A stretch of DNA of 59,393 nt, the filler included, from Stramenopiles sp. TOSAG23-3 (taxonomy: Eukaryota), in the NCBI GenBank assembly GCA_900128585.1. It is 6 parts of 6 records of this genome, joined end to end, with 100 filler letters (N's around TTAATTAATTAA, not from the genome) between each part and the next. Parts side by side here need not be neighbours in the genome. Positions count along the whole stretch, not along the records: positions 1 to 17,788 come from LT642440.1; positions 17,889 to 35,645 come from LT642441.1; 4 more parts are not named here. One strand, 5' to 3'. The notes beneath the pieces are model-generated. The model saw nothing but the letters and a program-made list of their open reading frames with translations. It had not been told where the DNA came from and did not search any database. Below, piece after piece: positions 10,299 through 19,553 of the stretch (positions are counted from its first letter, which is position 1; each line of letters begins with the position of its first letter). Position numbers and translations under genes: made by a program.

Positions 10299-13187
10299 AT
10301 GGCACTGCAACAGCGCCAGGAAAGAAACCGGGTAAGCTTTGAAAAAAAAAACTTTCGGGTGCTAATCTTCGAGCCCGATGAACTTTCTCAAGGGAGGTTG
10401 GTGCACTACTTGAAAGGAATAAAAATAAATGGGGTTGCCCGGTTTAGTCGAGTAGAGTGTGCTTCAACTGTGAGAGCTGCTGAAGCTGTAGTAAGAAATG
10501 CTCGTATTACGGAACCTATCCATTTGGTGCTTGTCATGTTTGAGCACCCAACCCTGGAGGAGCTAGACCTGGTAAAGAAATTACAGCCCTGCACAGACTT
10601 TCCCGTTGTTGCACTATATGCGCCAGGAGCCTACGAGATTTTAAAAGAGAGCATTGATGAAGCGACAAAGTATGGATTGTACGACAGTTTTGAGGCGGCC
10701 TACTCGCTTATGGATCTCGGGGCGAAAAATTACGAGAAACAGTTTTCCTCTATAAACGCTGCGTACACGCCGATAACCTTCACAAGTGCTAAGAACGTCG
10801 ACAACGACTTGGGGGAACGAATTCTCCGGATCCTGTACCGGGTACACGTGGCCCAGAGGGAGTTTGACGTCGTTTTTGGCGATAGGGGGCGTCAGCAGAC
10901 TAAGTTGCAAATTCTTAAGCAGGAAACAGAAGAAGCAGAGGCGAAGAAAAACAGCGTACTGGGTAGAAAGAAGAAAAAGGCGTTTCCAGCGAAAGTTCTC
11001 GTTAAGAAAAAAAAGGTGACTAAGAAACGAGCAGATAGCATCGTAAAGGCTGTATTTGGCAGCGCAAACCCCGACATTAAGGAAAAAATTAAAGGAAAGA
11101 TGAAGATGCTCAGACTAAGTAGCTGGCATAAACGTTTTGGTCGAAGAGACAGCCAAGAAATGGGGGCTACGAAGAAAAAAGGCATAACAAATAGCCTGAA
11201 ACGAAAAATCCGAAGGAAGTCGATAGTCGCCAAAGTGACCTTACAGAAGAGAGAGCCCACCGAAGCTCCCAGAGACGTGCTACAAGAAACATTTTTGGAA
11301 ATTTCAGTGTCACAAGCTCGACGCTCATATAGTGACAGTCACCTTCACGATGGTTTGGATTGTATGAAAGATAGAAACTATCGACGCGCGGTGCATTTGT
11401 TTTCCACGGCACTGGTAAAAGACCCTGATCATTTCAACTGCAGGTTTTTCAGGGCAGTGGCTTACGGGATCGTCGGTCGCTACCGATGGGGGAGAGCAGA
11501 TATGATACTCTGCTTGAATAAAGAGCCCGAAAATTTAGTGTGCCGTTACAACCTTGCACTGTTGAGCTTGAACTGTCATATGCACAGGAGAGCTGCAAGG
11601 CACTTGAAAATAGCAGGAGAAATGGTCGAGACACTGAAAGAGCAGCGAAAAGACGTAGACCCAGCCGTCAGGGACGCAATTTGGAAGCTGCGAGGGTTGG
11701 TAAACAGGCGGCGTGGTGCTTACAACGAGGCCCGAAAGGATTATGTTTCTTTGTACCATGTAAATGAACACGAGGACCTCGCTCACTATCACGAAGACGA
11801 AATATTATACAGGACGAAGATGACTTCGACGCTGACAAAACGGGATGAAAACTCATTCTCGGCACTGCTGTCGTCTCTCCAAAGCGCTGTCTTAACGGAA
11901 GGAGAATTTCGCACGAGAGATGAACTTCAAATTATCGCAATTTTTTTGCATAAATTTCATTTCTACACCAAGCTTAGCGCAGCGTCCCAAAGGCTATTTT
12001 GTAAAGTAATACAGTACGAGGTTTTCGAGCCTGGAAATTGTATTTACAAGGCTGGAGACCCGTCCGATGGATTTCACATTGTGATGTCTGGTAGCGTCAC
12101 GCAGAAGTTGCCCATGGGCAGCAAGGGGCTTGAACATGTTGTGAACCACTTCTTCTCGGGGGACACGTTCGGTGCACTTGAAACCCTGGACCAAAAATCG
12201 CGCATCAACAGTGTGTACGTCAGGGAAGCCGCGGAATTGTTGTGGGTCAACCGAATACATTTTGAGTCGATTGGGCTCGACAAAGTCTTTTCAAATACCA
12301 TAGAATATAAGAAAAAAATCATCAAAGACAGTGGCATATTTGCCCACGCAGACATTCCGGAATCGTTTTATGACGATTGTGCCAAAGCTTCGATCTTCAA
12401 GAGCTACGATCCGGGGACTGCGATTGTTAAGCAGGGGAGAAAGCCGAGCAGTCTCTTTTTCATTGTTCAAGGGATTGCAAAAATTGTGCAAAAAGCTGAT
12501 GAAAGCGAAGAATTTGAGTACCAGAAGCGAAAGTTGCAAGAGGAGTATTCTCACTTTGAGCAGAACTACAACTACCACCATAAAACGAGAGACACCCACC
12601 TGAAAGAAAGCGGAAGTTTGCTCGTCAAAACAAACGTCGAAAAGAAAATTGAAAAGAAGGGCCAGCAGCTGCAGAACGTCACCAAGCGGGTTCGGCAACT
12701 GAAAGATGCGGAGCGGACGAGAAGGATGAAAGCTGCGGGGGGGAATATCTGGGGGGGTCTGGCACTTCTCTCGAACAAGAAAAAGGAGGAGGAGAAGAAG
12801 CCTGATAAAGAGTGTGAAATTGGCAAGCTTATGCCTCCTTCCTTTTTCGGCCACACTGCCATACTTTCCAGCCAGGAAGTGGAGCGGGCTAATATCATCG
12901 CGGAAACGCGAGTGATAACCCTACGACTGTATGCTTCACACCTGGACTTTACTTATTTCACAGGTAAATTTTTAAAAAGGCTTATGATGAGGACACCAGT
13001 AAAAGTTTTGGGGTTCAACTCCTTGGTAAAACGGTGTAAATTCGAGGCTGGGTGGGAGAAAATGCAGAAAAATATGATATTGGAAATCCCGAAAGGAAAA
13101 TGGGATTTAAAAAATGCTACTGTACAATCAGTAGCCGGTGGAAAATTTGCTGTACTCCCAAAACCGAAACGGCATGGCGTCATCTAG
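10299..13187 (+). CDS. receiver-like / TPR / tandem cyclic-nucleotide-binding-domain protein
   Basis: First ATG at 10299. N-terminal FRVLIFEPD...IHLVLVM...PVVALYA receiver-like pattern; TPR helices (A..LFSTAL..DP...RA.AY); CNB1 AGDPSDGFHIVMSG...GDTFG; CNB2 QGRKPSSLFFIVQG...SFFG. Confidence 0.85.
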   Translation: MALQQRQERNRVSFEKKNFRVLIFEPDELSQGRLVHYLKGIKINGVARFSRVECASTVRAAEAVVRNARITEPIHLVLVMFEHPTLEELDLVKKLQPCTDFPVVALYAPGAYEILKESIDEATKYGLYDSFEAAYSLMDLGAKNYEKQFSSINAAYTPITFTSAKNVDNDLGERILRILYRVHVAQREFDVVFGDRGRQQTKLQILKQETEEAEAKKNSVLGRKKKKAFPAKVLVKKKKVTKKRADSIVKAVFGSANPDIKEKIKGKMKMLRLSSWHKRFGRRDSQEMGATKKKGITNSLKRKIRRKSIVAKVTLQKREPTEAPRDVLQETFLEISVSQARRSYSDSHLHDGLDCMKDRNYRRAVHLFSTALVKDPDHFNCRFFRAVAYGIVGRYRWGRADMILCLNKEPENLVCRYNLALLSLNCHMHRRAARHLKIAGEMVETLKEQRKDVDPAVRDAIWKLRGLVNRRRGAYNEARKDYVSLYHVNEHEDLAHYHEDEILYRTKMTSTLTKRDENSFSALLSSLQSAVLTEGEFRTRDELQIIAIFLHKFHFYTKLSAASQRLFCKVIQYEVFEPGNCIYKAGDPSDGFHIVMSGSVTQKLPMGSKGLEHVVNHFFSGDTFGALETLDQKSRINSVYVREAAELLWVNRIHFESIGLDKVFSNTIEYKKKIIKDSGIFAHADIPESFYDDCAKASIFKSYDPGTAIVKQGRKPSSLFFIVQGIAKIVQKADESEEFEYQKRKLQEEYSHFEQNYNYHHKTRDTHLKESGSLLVKTNVEKKIEKKGQQLQNVTKRVRQLKDAERTRRMKAAGGNIWGGLALLSNKKKEEEKKPDKECEIGKLMPPSFFGHTAILSSQEVERANIIAETRVITLRLYASHLDFTYFTGKFLKRLMMRTPVKVLGFNSLVKRCKFEAGWEKMQKNMILEIPKGKWDLKNATVQSVAGGKFAVLPKPKRHGVI

Positions 13188-13360
13188 AAGCCTGGACATC
13201 GTTTTAGAGGTGTACGTTCCGTTCCGTGCCTTATTTTTGAAATTGCATTTTTTAAGTGAGTGCGCACTAAATAACATGTGTTTTGAATAACATCCTATTA
13301 TTGGAATACGACCTTCTTTCTAAAAATTAAAAAAAATAATTAATTGTTTTGGCAGCGCTT

Positions 13361-14032
13361 CTACGACGGGGAATTGTCGTAAGAAACTTTGGACAGTGCC
13401 TTCTTTACATTTGGGAACCCCGTCTTGGGAGTTGATTCAGTATGCACATTTAAGAGTTCTTCGTCGCACTTTCCTTCCGAAGGTGCTTTTGAATCCATAT
13501 GTTCGCCTCCACATCTCATTTGGCACCCCATGGAGCATAAATGAAACTCCCTCCAACGGGTTGTATGCTCTTCTATTTTCACACTTTTATCGCAACGCCC
13601 AGCGCAGAGGTCATAGTTTGCGTTGGACCTCATGCAGCACCCGTGCGTGCACACGAAATGATCGTGTGCAATCTTCTTTTTCGTTTTGGCTGAACTCAAA
13701 AACAGATCGAGTTTCCCGTCTGTGTGTCGCCTTGAAGAAATTCCTCTCACCACATTCAGCACATAAGCCTCGCAGCGGTCGCTGCAATATTGAAGGCTAA
13801 CGCACTCACCCGTCTTGTTGTTCCAAATACTACCAAGAATACTCGAGTGTTCGACTGCAATTGGTGGCACAACTTCCGAGTCTGAGATCCGGGGATCGTG
13901 GGCAGCTCTTAACTTTGCCCCGACTACTGAGTCAATCATGCATTGACTAATAAGACAGTACAGTAAAACGCAAACAATACAACGTGGAACAAGCCTGCCT
14001 TTGGACAAGGTTCCCACGGAGGCAGCCCACAT
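13361..14032 (-). CDS. hypothetical cysteine-rich secreted or membrane-anchored protein
   Basis: ATG at 14032; hydrophobic CIVCVLLYCLISQCMI; two C-x3-C...C-x2-GC-x2-R modules (CSDRC...CTHGCCMR; CAGRC...CSMGCQMRC). Confidence 0.65.
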   Translation of the reverse strand: MWAASVGTLSKGRLVPRCIVCVLLYCLISQCMIDSVVGAKLRAAHDPRISDSEVVPPIAVEHSSILGSIWNNKTGECVSLQYCSDRCEAYVLNVVRGISSRRHTDGKLDLFLSSAKTKKKIAHDHFVCTHGCCMRSNANYDLCAGRCDKSVKIEEHTTRWREFHLCSMGCQMRCGGEHMDSKAPSEGKCDEELLNVHTESTPKTGFPNVKKALSKVSYDNSPS

Positions 14033-14412
14033 CGTGCACCTTTTCCCCTGTGAACACAATACTTTTCCGAGCTGTCGCTTTTAGACAATATGCAGCCCTG
14101 GCTTCTCCAAGCAGGAGAATGTTTTCCGTTTTAAGATTTTACGTTAAATTCTAGTCAGTACTGACAAGCGATGCCGTAGTGGGGAACGTCGTTTGCTGTA
14201 AAACTTCAGCACGAAGAAGTTATTATTTTTAGAGCAGGAGGCACCGAAGCACCCCCCCCCTTTTTCTAAAAATATAATATATTAATACTCGTTTCTCCAC
14301 CAATTTCATTCATCATCCATCTTGCTTAATAATAAAAAAATAAACTCATGCTATTCCTATGCTATTTTTTCGTAATTTTTCTTGGATGTTTAATTATTAA
14401 TTATGGCTTATT

Positions 14413-14510
14413 GAAGAAGAAGAAGAAGAAGAAGAAGAAGAAGAAGAAGAAGAAGAAGAAGAAGAAGAAGAAGAAGAAGAAGAAAAAAGAAAAAGAAGAA
14501 GAAGAAGAAG
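14413..14510. repeat. (AAG)n microsatellite
   Basis: Read directly. Confidence 0.95.
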
Positions 14511-14670
14511 AGAAAAAACACCGATGATGATAAAAAAGTGTGATGAATTGACCACCTCACAGTATTACATTTTTTTTATACAAATTCTACCTCTGCTTCT
14601 CTTTTTATAACTGTTTAGACCATTTAGGACGTTGAATGCGAGAAAATACGTCCTCTTGATTAATAAATAA

Positions 14671-15339
14671 ATGAAAGAAAGTTGCTATGTAGTGAAAGAC
14701 TCTGATGGGGGGAACCAGGACGAGTCTCGAGGCACGAAAGGGTCGTCCAATGGAGATGCGCTTGTCCGTGCAGCAGAGGACGGCAACATAGGAGCCCTGA
14801 AGATTTTGCTGCAAGATCCAGTCGGTACCCCAAAAAGGAGTCAGAGTGAAGCGGGTGAAGCGTTGGTAGTTGCTTCGCGTAAAGGAGACATCGGTGCAGT
14901 GAGTTTGATATTACAAGAAAGAAAGAACGTGGATTGTATAAACCACCAGAATAAATATGGGAGGACGGCAATGCATTATGCCTCACAAGAAGGGCATACA
15001 CAAGTAGTGAATTTGCTTTTACAGCAATCCAACGTAGATATAAATCATGAAGATGGTGATGGCATGACACCGTTGCACGATGCAGCATATCGTGGACACA
15101 TTGAAGTCGTGAAATTATTACTGGAACAGCCATCGATCGATGTGAATGTTAGAAACAAGAAAGGCATCACGCCCTTGTGGTATGCGTCAAGCAGGGACGG
15201 ACAAGTGGAAATAGTGAATTTGTTAAAAGCCAGTGGGGGGTTGATGGAAATACGAAGAGCAAGTGGTAAGAATTGTGTATGTGCCAGGCGTACTCGTAGG
15301 AGAGATGGCCGAGGATCGATCCGTTGTGCCATTAGTTAA
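14671..15339 (+). CDS. ankyrin-repeat protein with C-terminal CaaX (CAIS)
   Basis: GRTAMHYASQEGH, GMTPLHDAAYRGH and GITPLWYAS repeats; basic tail ending RCAIS*. Confidence 0.92.
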   Translation: MKESCYVVKDSDGGNQDESRGTKGSSNGDALVRAAEDGNIGALKILLQDPVGTPKRSQSEAGEALVVASRKGDIGAVSLILQERKNVDCINHQNKYGRTAMHYASQEGHTQVVNLLLQQSNVDINHEDGDGMTPLHDAAYRGHIEVVKLLLEQPSIDVNVRNKKGITPLWYASSRDGQVEIVNLLKASGGLMEIRRASGKNCVCARRTRRRDGRGSIRCAIS

Positions 15340-15523
15340 TATTATTTATTACTATATATTTTGGTTTTTTTATTTTTTATGAAAATTCTTAAAAAACAAT
15401 AATCGTGATCTACGATAAATTTCAATTACATAAATAATAACAGCCAATTTTTTGTTTTTATCGTAATCTTATGTGTTGCGCGTTGCATTCATTTCTTGCC
15501 CGGCACCACTCCACCTCGGCACA

Positions 15524-16897
15524 TCACATAATTGTGCACGGAGGTGGGCCGGCGCCGTAACAGACCTCGACCCCAGGTTTGTTCAGTAACGTTCGCAGCC
15601 GATAGCTGTCCCACTCCTTAAGGCCCAAGCGAGCTTTCACGGATGATTTTCCGAACAAAAAAATTTCGTACAAGGCCAATTGAAGTCGAAAATCTATATT
15701 AGGGTCGCAGATAAAGCGTTTCTTTCTACAATAATCCAGTGCGTCACACAAACGCCAGGTTTCGTTGAACATCAAAAATGCCAACATGATCGATGTGCTT
15801 CTAGACATCCCGGCACGGCAGTGTACCAGGGCTTTTCCGCCCGATCGTTTGCACTTTAGCAAGAACCTGTTGGTGTCTGCAAAATTTTTCATGATGTCTA
15901 CCCCCTCTGCGTCGTTCAGGTTGACGTTCATGTACCTCATGGGCCTCCCGTTTATGGATTCCCCTTCAAAAAAGTTGTTAATATCTGTCGTGGCGTTGAT
16001 AACCCATGATATTCCTAAGTCTTCGAACGTGCTGCGATCCCTGGCATCGTGCCTATCGCCAAGGTATAGCCAGTTAAATATTGGCGACGGGGCCTCAAAA
16101 GTCGCCTCTTGGTAGGCACAGCAGCGAATGTAAGAGTCCCACGCAGTGGGCCCGGGCGGGCTGGCCGAGGCGTTGTAGTATACCGGGTTCACAATAATGG
16201 TATCCCCACGCTCGATCGTCGCCTCCGCTTTGGACCACGTGAGGGGCAGAACATACTGCGGCTCCAGGCCAATTTCCAGCTGTCGCTCCATGTCGTTTTG
16301 ACTGTTTTTCCGTCTTAAATGTGACAGCTTCTTCGTCGCCTTCTCCATCTTGGCTTTGTCCCGTCTGCTTTTGGAACTTCGTCTACCGTGGCCCTCGCCA
16401 TGGTGGTTGTTCTCCGTCCAACTATCACTCTTTTTCTTCAGCCTACCGGCCTGTTTTTTCTCCGCAATGTCCCACGTCGACACGCGATCCCTGGAGTAGT
16501 CAGGGTAGATGTACTTGGAGCCTTTTTCGTCCTTGGCAACGCGCGGGGCCCTGGCAAGTCGCCCTTTGCTAAATTCAAACATTTTCCCAACCGTGTCCTG
16601 GTTCGTGGGGGACAGGTCGAAGCTATTGCTTCGTTTCCTGATTATCCTTCCATCGTGATCTTTCGTGAACTTTTTGTTCAACGAAGATTGCAGCGAGTCA
16701 TAACTTCCGACGCGGCGAAGTCCCCGTGGGCGTGGGGGAATCTGGTGGCGATGAGTGCTCGTATCGAAATTGGGCAAGTTCGAGCTCGAGGTTCTTTTCC
16801 GCCTTTTGTGGGCACTCTCTAAACTAAAGTTTTGCGCTTGCCGCGTGACCCGGTCCAACTCTTCCTTTAAGCGGCGCGAACGCTCCCTGGAAGACAT
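15524..16897 (-). CDS. dual-specificity protein phosphatase with C-terminal CaaX (CTIM)
   Basis: PSPIFNWLYLG; catalytic ALVHCRAGMSRS; PNIDFRLQL; long basic disordered N-terminus. Confidence 0.93.
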   Translation of the reverse strand: MSSRERSRRLKEELDRVTRQAQNFSLESAHKRRKRTSSSNLPNFDTSTHRHQIPPRPRGLRRVGSYDSLQSSLNKKFTKDHDGRIIRKRSNSFDLSPTNQDTVGKMFEFSKGRLARAPRVAKDEKGSKYIYPDYSRDRVSTWDIAEKKQAGRLKKKSDSWTENNHHGEGHGRRSSKSRRDKAKMEKATKKLSHLRRKNSQNDMERQLEIGLEPQYVLPLTWSKAEATIERGDTIIVNPVYYNASASPPGPTAWDSYIRCCAYQEATFEAPSPIFNWLYLGDRHDARDRSTFEDLGISWVINATTDINNFFEGESINGRPMRYMNVNLNDAEGVDIMKNFADTNRFLLKCKRSGGKALVHCRAGMSRSTSIMLAFLMFNETWRLCDALDYCRKKRFICDPNIDFRLQLALYEIFLFGKSSVKARLGLKEWDSYRLRTLLNKPGVEVCYGAGPPPCTIM

Positions 16898-17712
16898 GGT
16901 GCCCTTTCGATCGCAAGCGCGTGGTTTGTTTGCCTCTAAAACAATTCAAAATTCACGCAGTGTCGTCAAGAATTAAAAATACTACTACTGCAGTATGGGC
17001 ATTCTGGTTCCCTCGGAGAAAACGTAAGGCCTGTGGGAGGGGGCAACGGTTGTTGCGATCGTGCAGTGCGTCGTGCGCCGTGGACGGTGTCCGTCTCTCT
17101 GTTTGAAAAGTCACGAAAGCTAGCTGGTTGGTTCCTAACTCGCCCCAACGTTTTGATTAGAACATCAGTATGCACTTGTTTATATATATTGATGAAACAG
17201 ATTGAATCCTACCTTAACTAATCTAATCCTCTCTCTCTCTCTCTTCTTCTTCTTAACGTGCGTTTATACATTCAATAAATTGTTGTATTTATAAATAATA
17301 CTTTATTTATTTTTAATAATAAATACTTTTATAATTGATATTTATTAGTCGTCTAATATTAAAAAACCCATTTTTATTTTTTAAGCTCACACCACACCAC
17401 TGCTGTGTTGTGTCCTTCTTCCTCCTTCCTCCATTCTTTCTTTTTATCAATCACTTTTTTGTCGTTAATTAAACTTTCATTATTTTCCCTGTTGTCGTTC
17501 TTTTTCTGGCTTCGTAGCTTAGTCTAATTATTAATAATTAAAATCTAATACAAAAACGATCCGTACGAGGTAGTTGTTGGTTGAATAAATATAATACTAG
17601 ACTATTCATTCAACGTAAAAAAATAAAATTGATTGTGTGTATTAATATTAATAATATTTTACTTATTATACAGTAATAAAAATAAAAAATAATATTTAAT
17701 AATATTTTACTC

Positions 17713-17713
17713 T

Positions 17714-17788
<75 letters not shown>
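17713..17788. repeat. (TTTC)n microsatellite running into a contig end
   Basis: Read directly. Confidence 0.95.
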
Positions 17789-17888
17789 NNNNNNNNNNNN
17801 NNNNNNNNNNNNNNNNNNNNNNNNNNNNNNNNTTAATTAATTAANNNNNNNNNNNNNNNNNNNNNNNNNNNNNNNNNNNNNNNNNNNN
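17789..17888. other. artificial contig linker N44-TTAATTAATTAA-N44
   Basis: Exactly 100 nt, with stops in all six frames; identical structure five times in the window. Confidence 0.95.
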
Positions 17889-17964
17889 TTTCCACCTCCT
17901 CTCTAGGCTATAGATTTTAAGGGGCGCGGGGCAACGCCCCTTTTTTTCTTGTCTCGAAACCAAA

Positions 17965-18004
17965 AAACAAGAAAATTGGCTGTTATTTATTATAAGTAAT
18001 TAAA
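17965..18004 (+). repeat. dispersed non-coding element AAACAA[G/A]AAAATTGGCTGTTATTTA...GTAATTAAA (other copies 15424-15457 -, 19152-19185 +, 55382-55400 +)
   Basis: Near-identical copies found by eye at four intergenic positions. Confidence 0.75.
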
Positions 18005-18137
18005 TTTAGCGTCCTCATACCCTAATCCTAACTTGGTTCTGTAGTCACCTATAAAATAAATCCACTAAAATCGGACCCTCTCCGGTGATTTGGAGGTTCT
18101 TAAGAATCTAAGAATCTTAGTTTTCATCCAAAAACAT

Positions 18138-18996
18138 CTACACCACTGCAAAGCTTGGAACATCTGCAATCCCACAAGTATTGTTTCCCATAGCCAAGTA
18201 TATGAAACCGTTTTGGCCCCAATTTGTTGCCCAGCTGTTCCTGACTATCCAGTACGCACCATTGTCTCCTGAAGCTTTCGCCCCTTTCTTGGCGTCGTAG
18301 CCACTGTACCCAACGAGTTGGACACAATGGTCCAAACTTCCATGGTCATGGCCGCCACATGCTTTTCCCGACATCACTCCATTTTTGTAATATTGCCACA
18401 CATGGGCATTCGCACAAATCGCCAGCGGGCCGTGTGTCCCAATGTATTGAGCAACTTTATCTTCGTCCTGGTCGTTGCAATCGTCCCATGGCAGATCGCA
18501 AGGCTTTGTGGCATACGAAAAATTTGAAATTTTTCCGCCTACAATTTGCATGTCCTTTTTGCAGGTCCCGGAGGTGCCTGTACTGCCACTAACGTATGGG
18601 TACTTGCTCTCGGATGTCAGCCCCCCATTTGCTGCAATGAATCTGTAACCACTCCCGCCCCCTGCGTATGTTCCGGCACAGCCATAAGCCTCCCTACTGT
18701 CGCAATCCACTAGCTGTTGCACGGACAGCTCCTGCGGCGAAGACCACCCTGACTTTCCAGACAGAAACCAGTCAGACTCGACTTGCTCAACCGTGGAAAA
18801 TGCCCAACAGCTACCGCACTGGCCTTGGTTGCGAACCGCAGTGGTGGCATTGCCGAACCAGTTTACATAGCGCGGGGCGCTTGAATGTAGCGGTTGATTC
18901 TGAATAGGAACATAGTTCCTGGTTTTCAGCAGCTCCTTCAGTTTTGCATTTCTGAGCAAGAAGGTCGACTTGAATTCGCTTGGCGACAGGTCAGAA
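18138..18996 (-). CDS. papain-family (C1A) cysteine protease, 5' end missing at gap
   Basis: QGQCGSCWAFS, LSVQQLVDC, DHCVQLVGY, YWIVRNSW. The end of the prodomain (FSDLSPSEF) is in frame just upstream of the listed ORF start; the rest is presumably in or beyond the N gap. Confidence 0.93.
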
Positions 18997-19072
18997 AAAA
19001 GTTGGAGAGCTACGTATACAAACTGGATAGGTACGCCGCACTGGCTGAGGTCGAGGGTGCTGAATAATCATC

Positions 19073-19145
19073 NNNNNNNNNNNNNNNNNNNNNNNNNNNN
19101 NNNNNNNNNNNNNNNNNNNNNNNNNNNNNNNNNNNNNNNNNNNNN
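19073..19145. other. sequence gap (plain N run)
   Basis: Run of N without the TTAA linker. Confidence 0.95.
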
Positions 19146-19553
19146 AAAATAAAACAAAAAATTGGCTGTTATTTAAGTAATTAAAACCTCGAATGTTTAG
19201 TAGAGTTCAGTTCGCACTACATTAGTCTAATTTTAATTACTTAATATAAAGATATTTATTCAAAATCGTCTTCTAATTTTTTCATTATGGATTCTTCTTT
19301 GCATTTTTTAAATTTATATTTTTAACACACACGATCAAATTCTACAAGGAGTGAGTAATAGGCCACTTGTAAATTATTTAATATTATACCTGTTAATTAA
19401 AAAATCAAGATAGGATTAGGGATGGATTTGTGATTTAAAATGAGAGTCTTAAAACATACTAATCATATAAATATTTTTAAACACGTTCAAGATTTGTTAC
19501 ATAAGAGCATATATAATTTGTTTTTTTTATACCCTGTTATATATCATCTACGT

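Noticed and set aside
17833-17844. TTAATTAATTAA palindrome as a biological motif or piggyBac TTAA site
   Set aside because: Always centred in exactly 44+44 N; an assembly linker.
17919-17947. Rho-independent terminator
   Set aside because: The shape fits, but the context is eukaryotic nuclear DNA with no bacterial operon upstream. Kept only as a possible element end.
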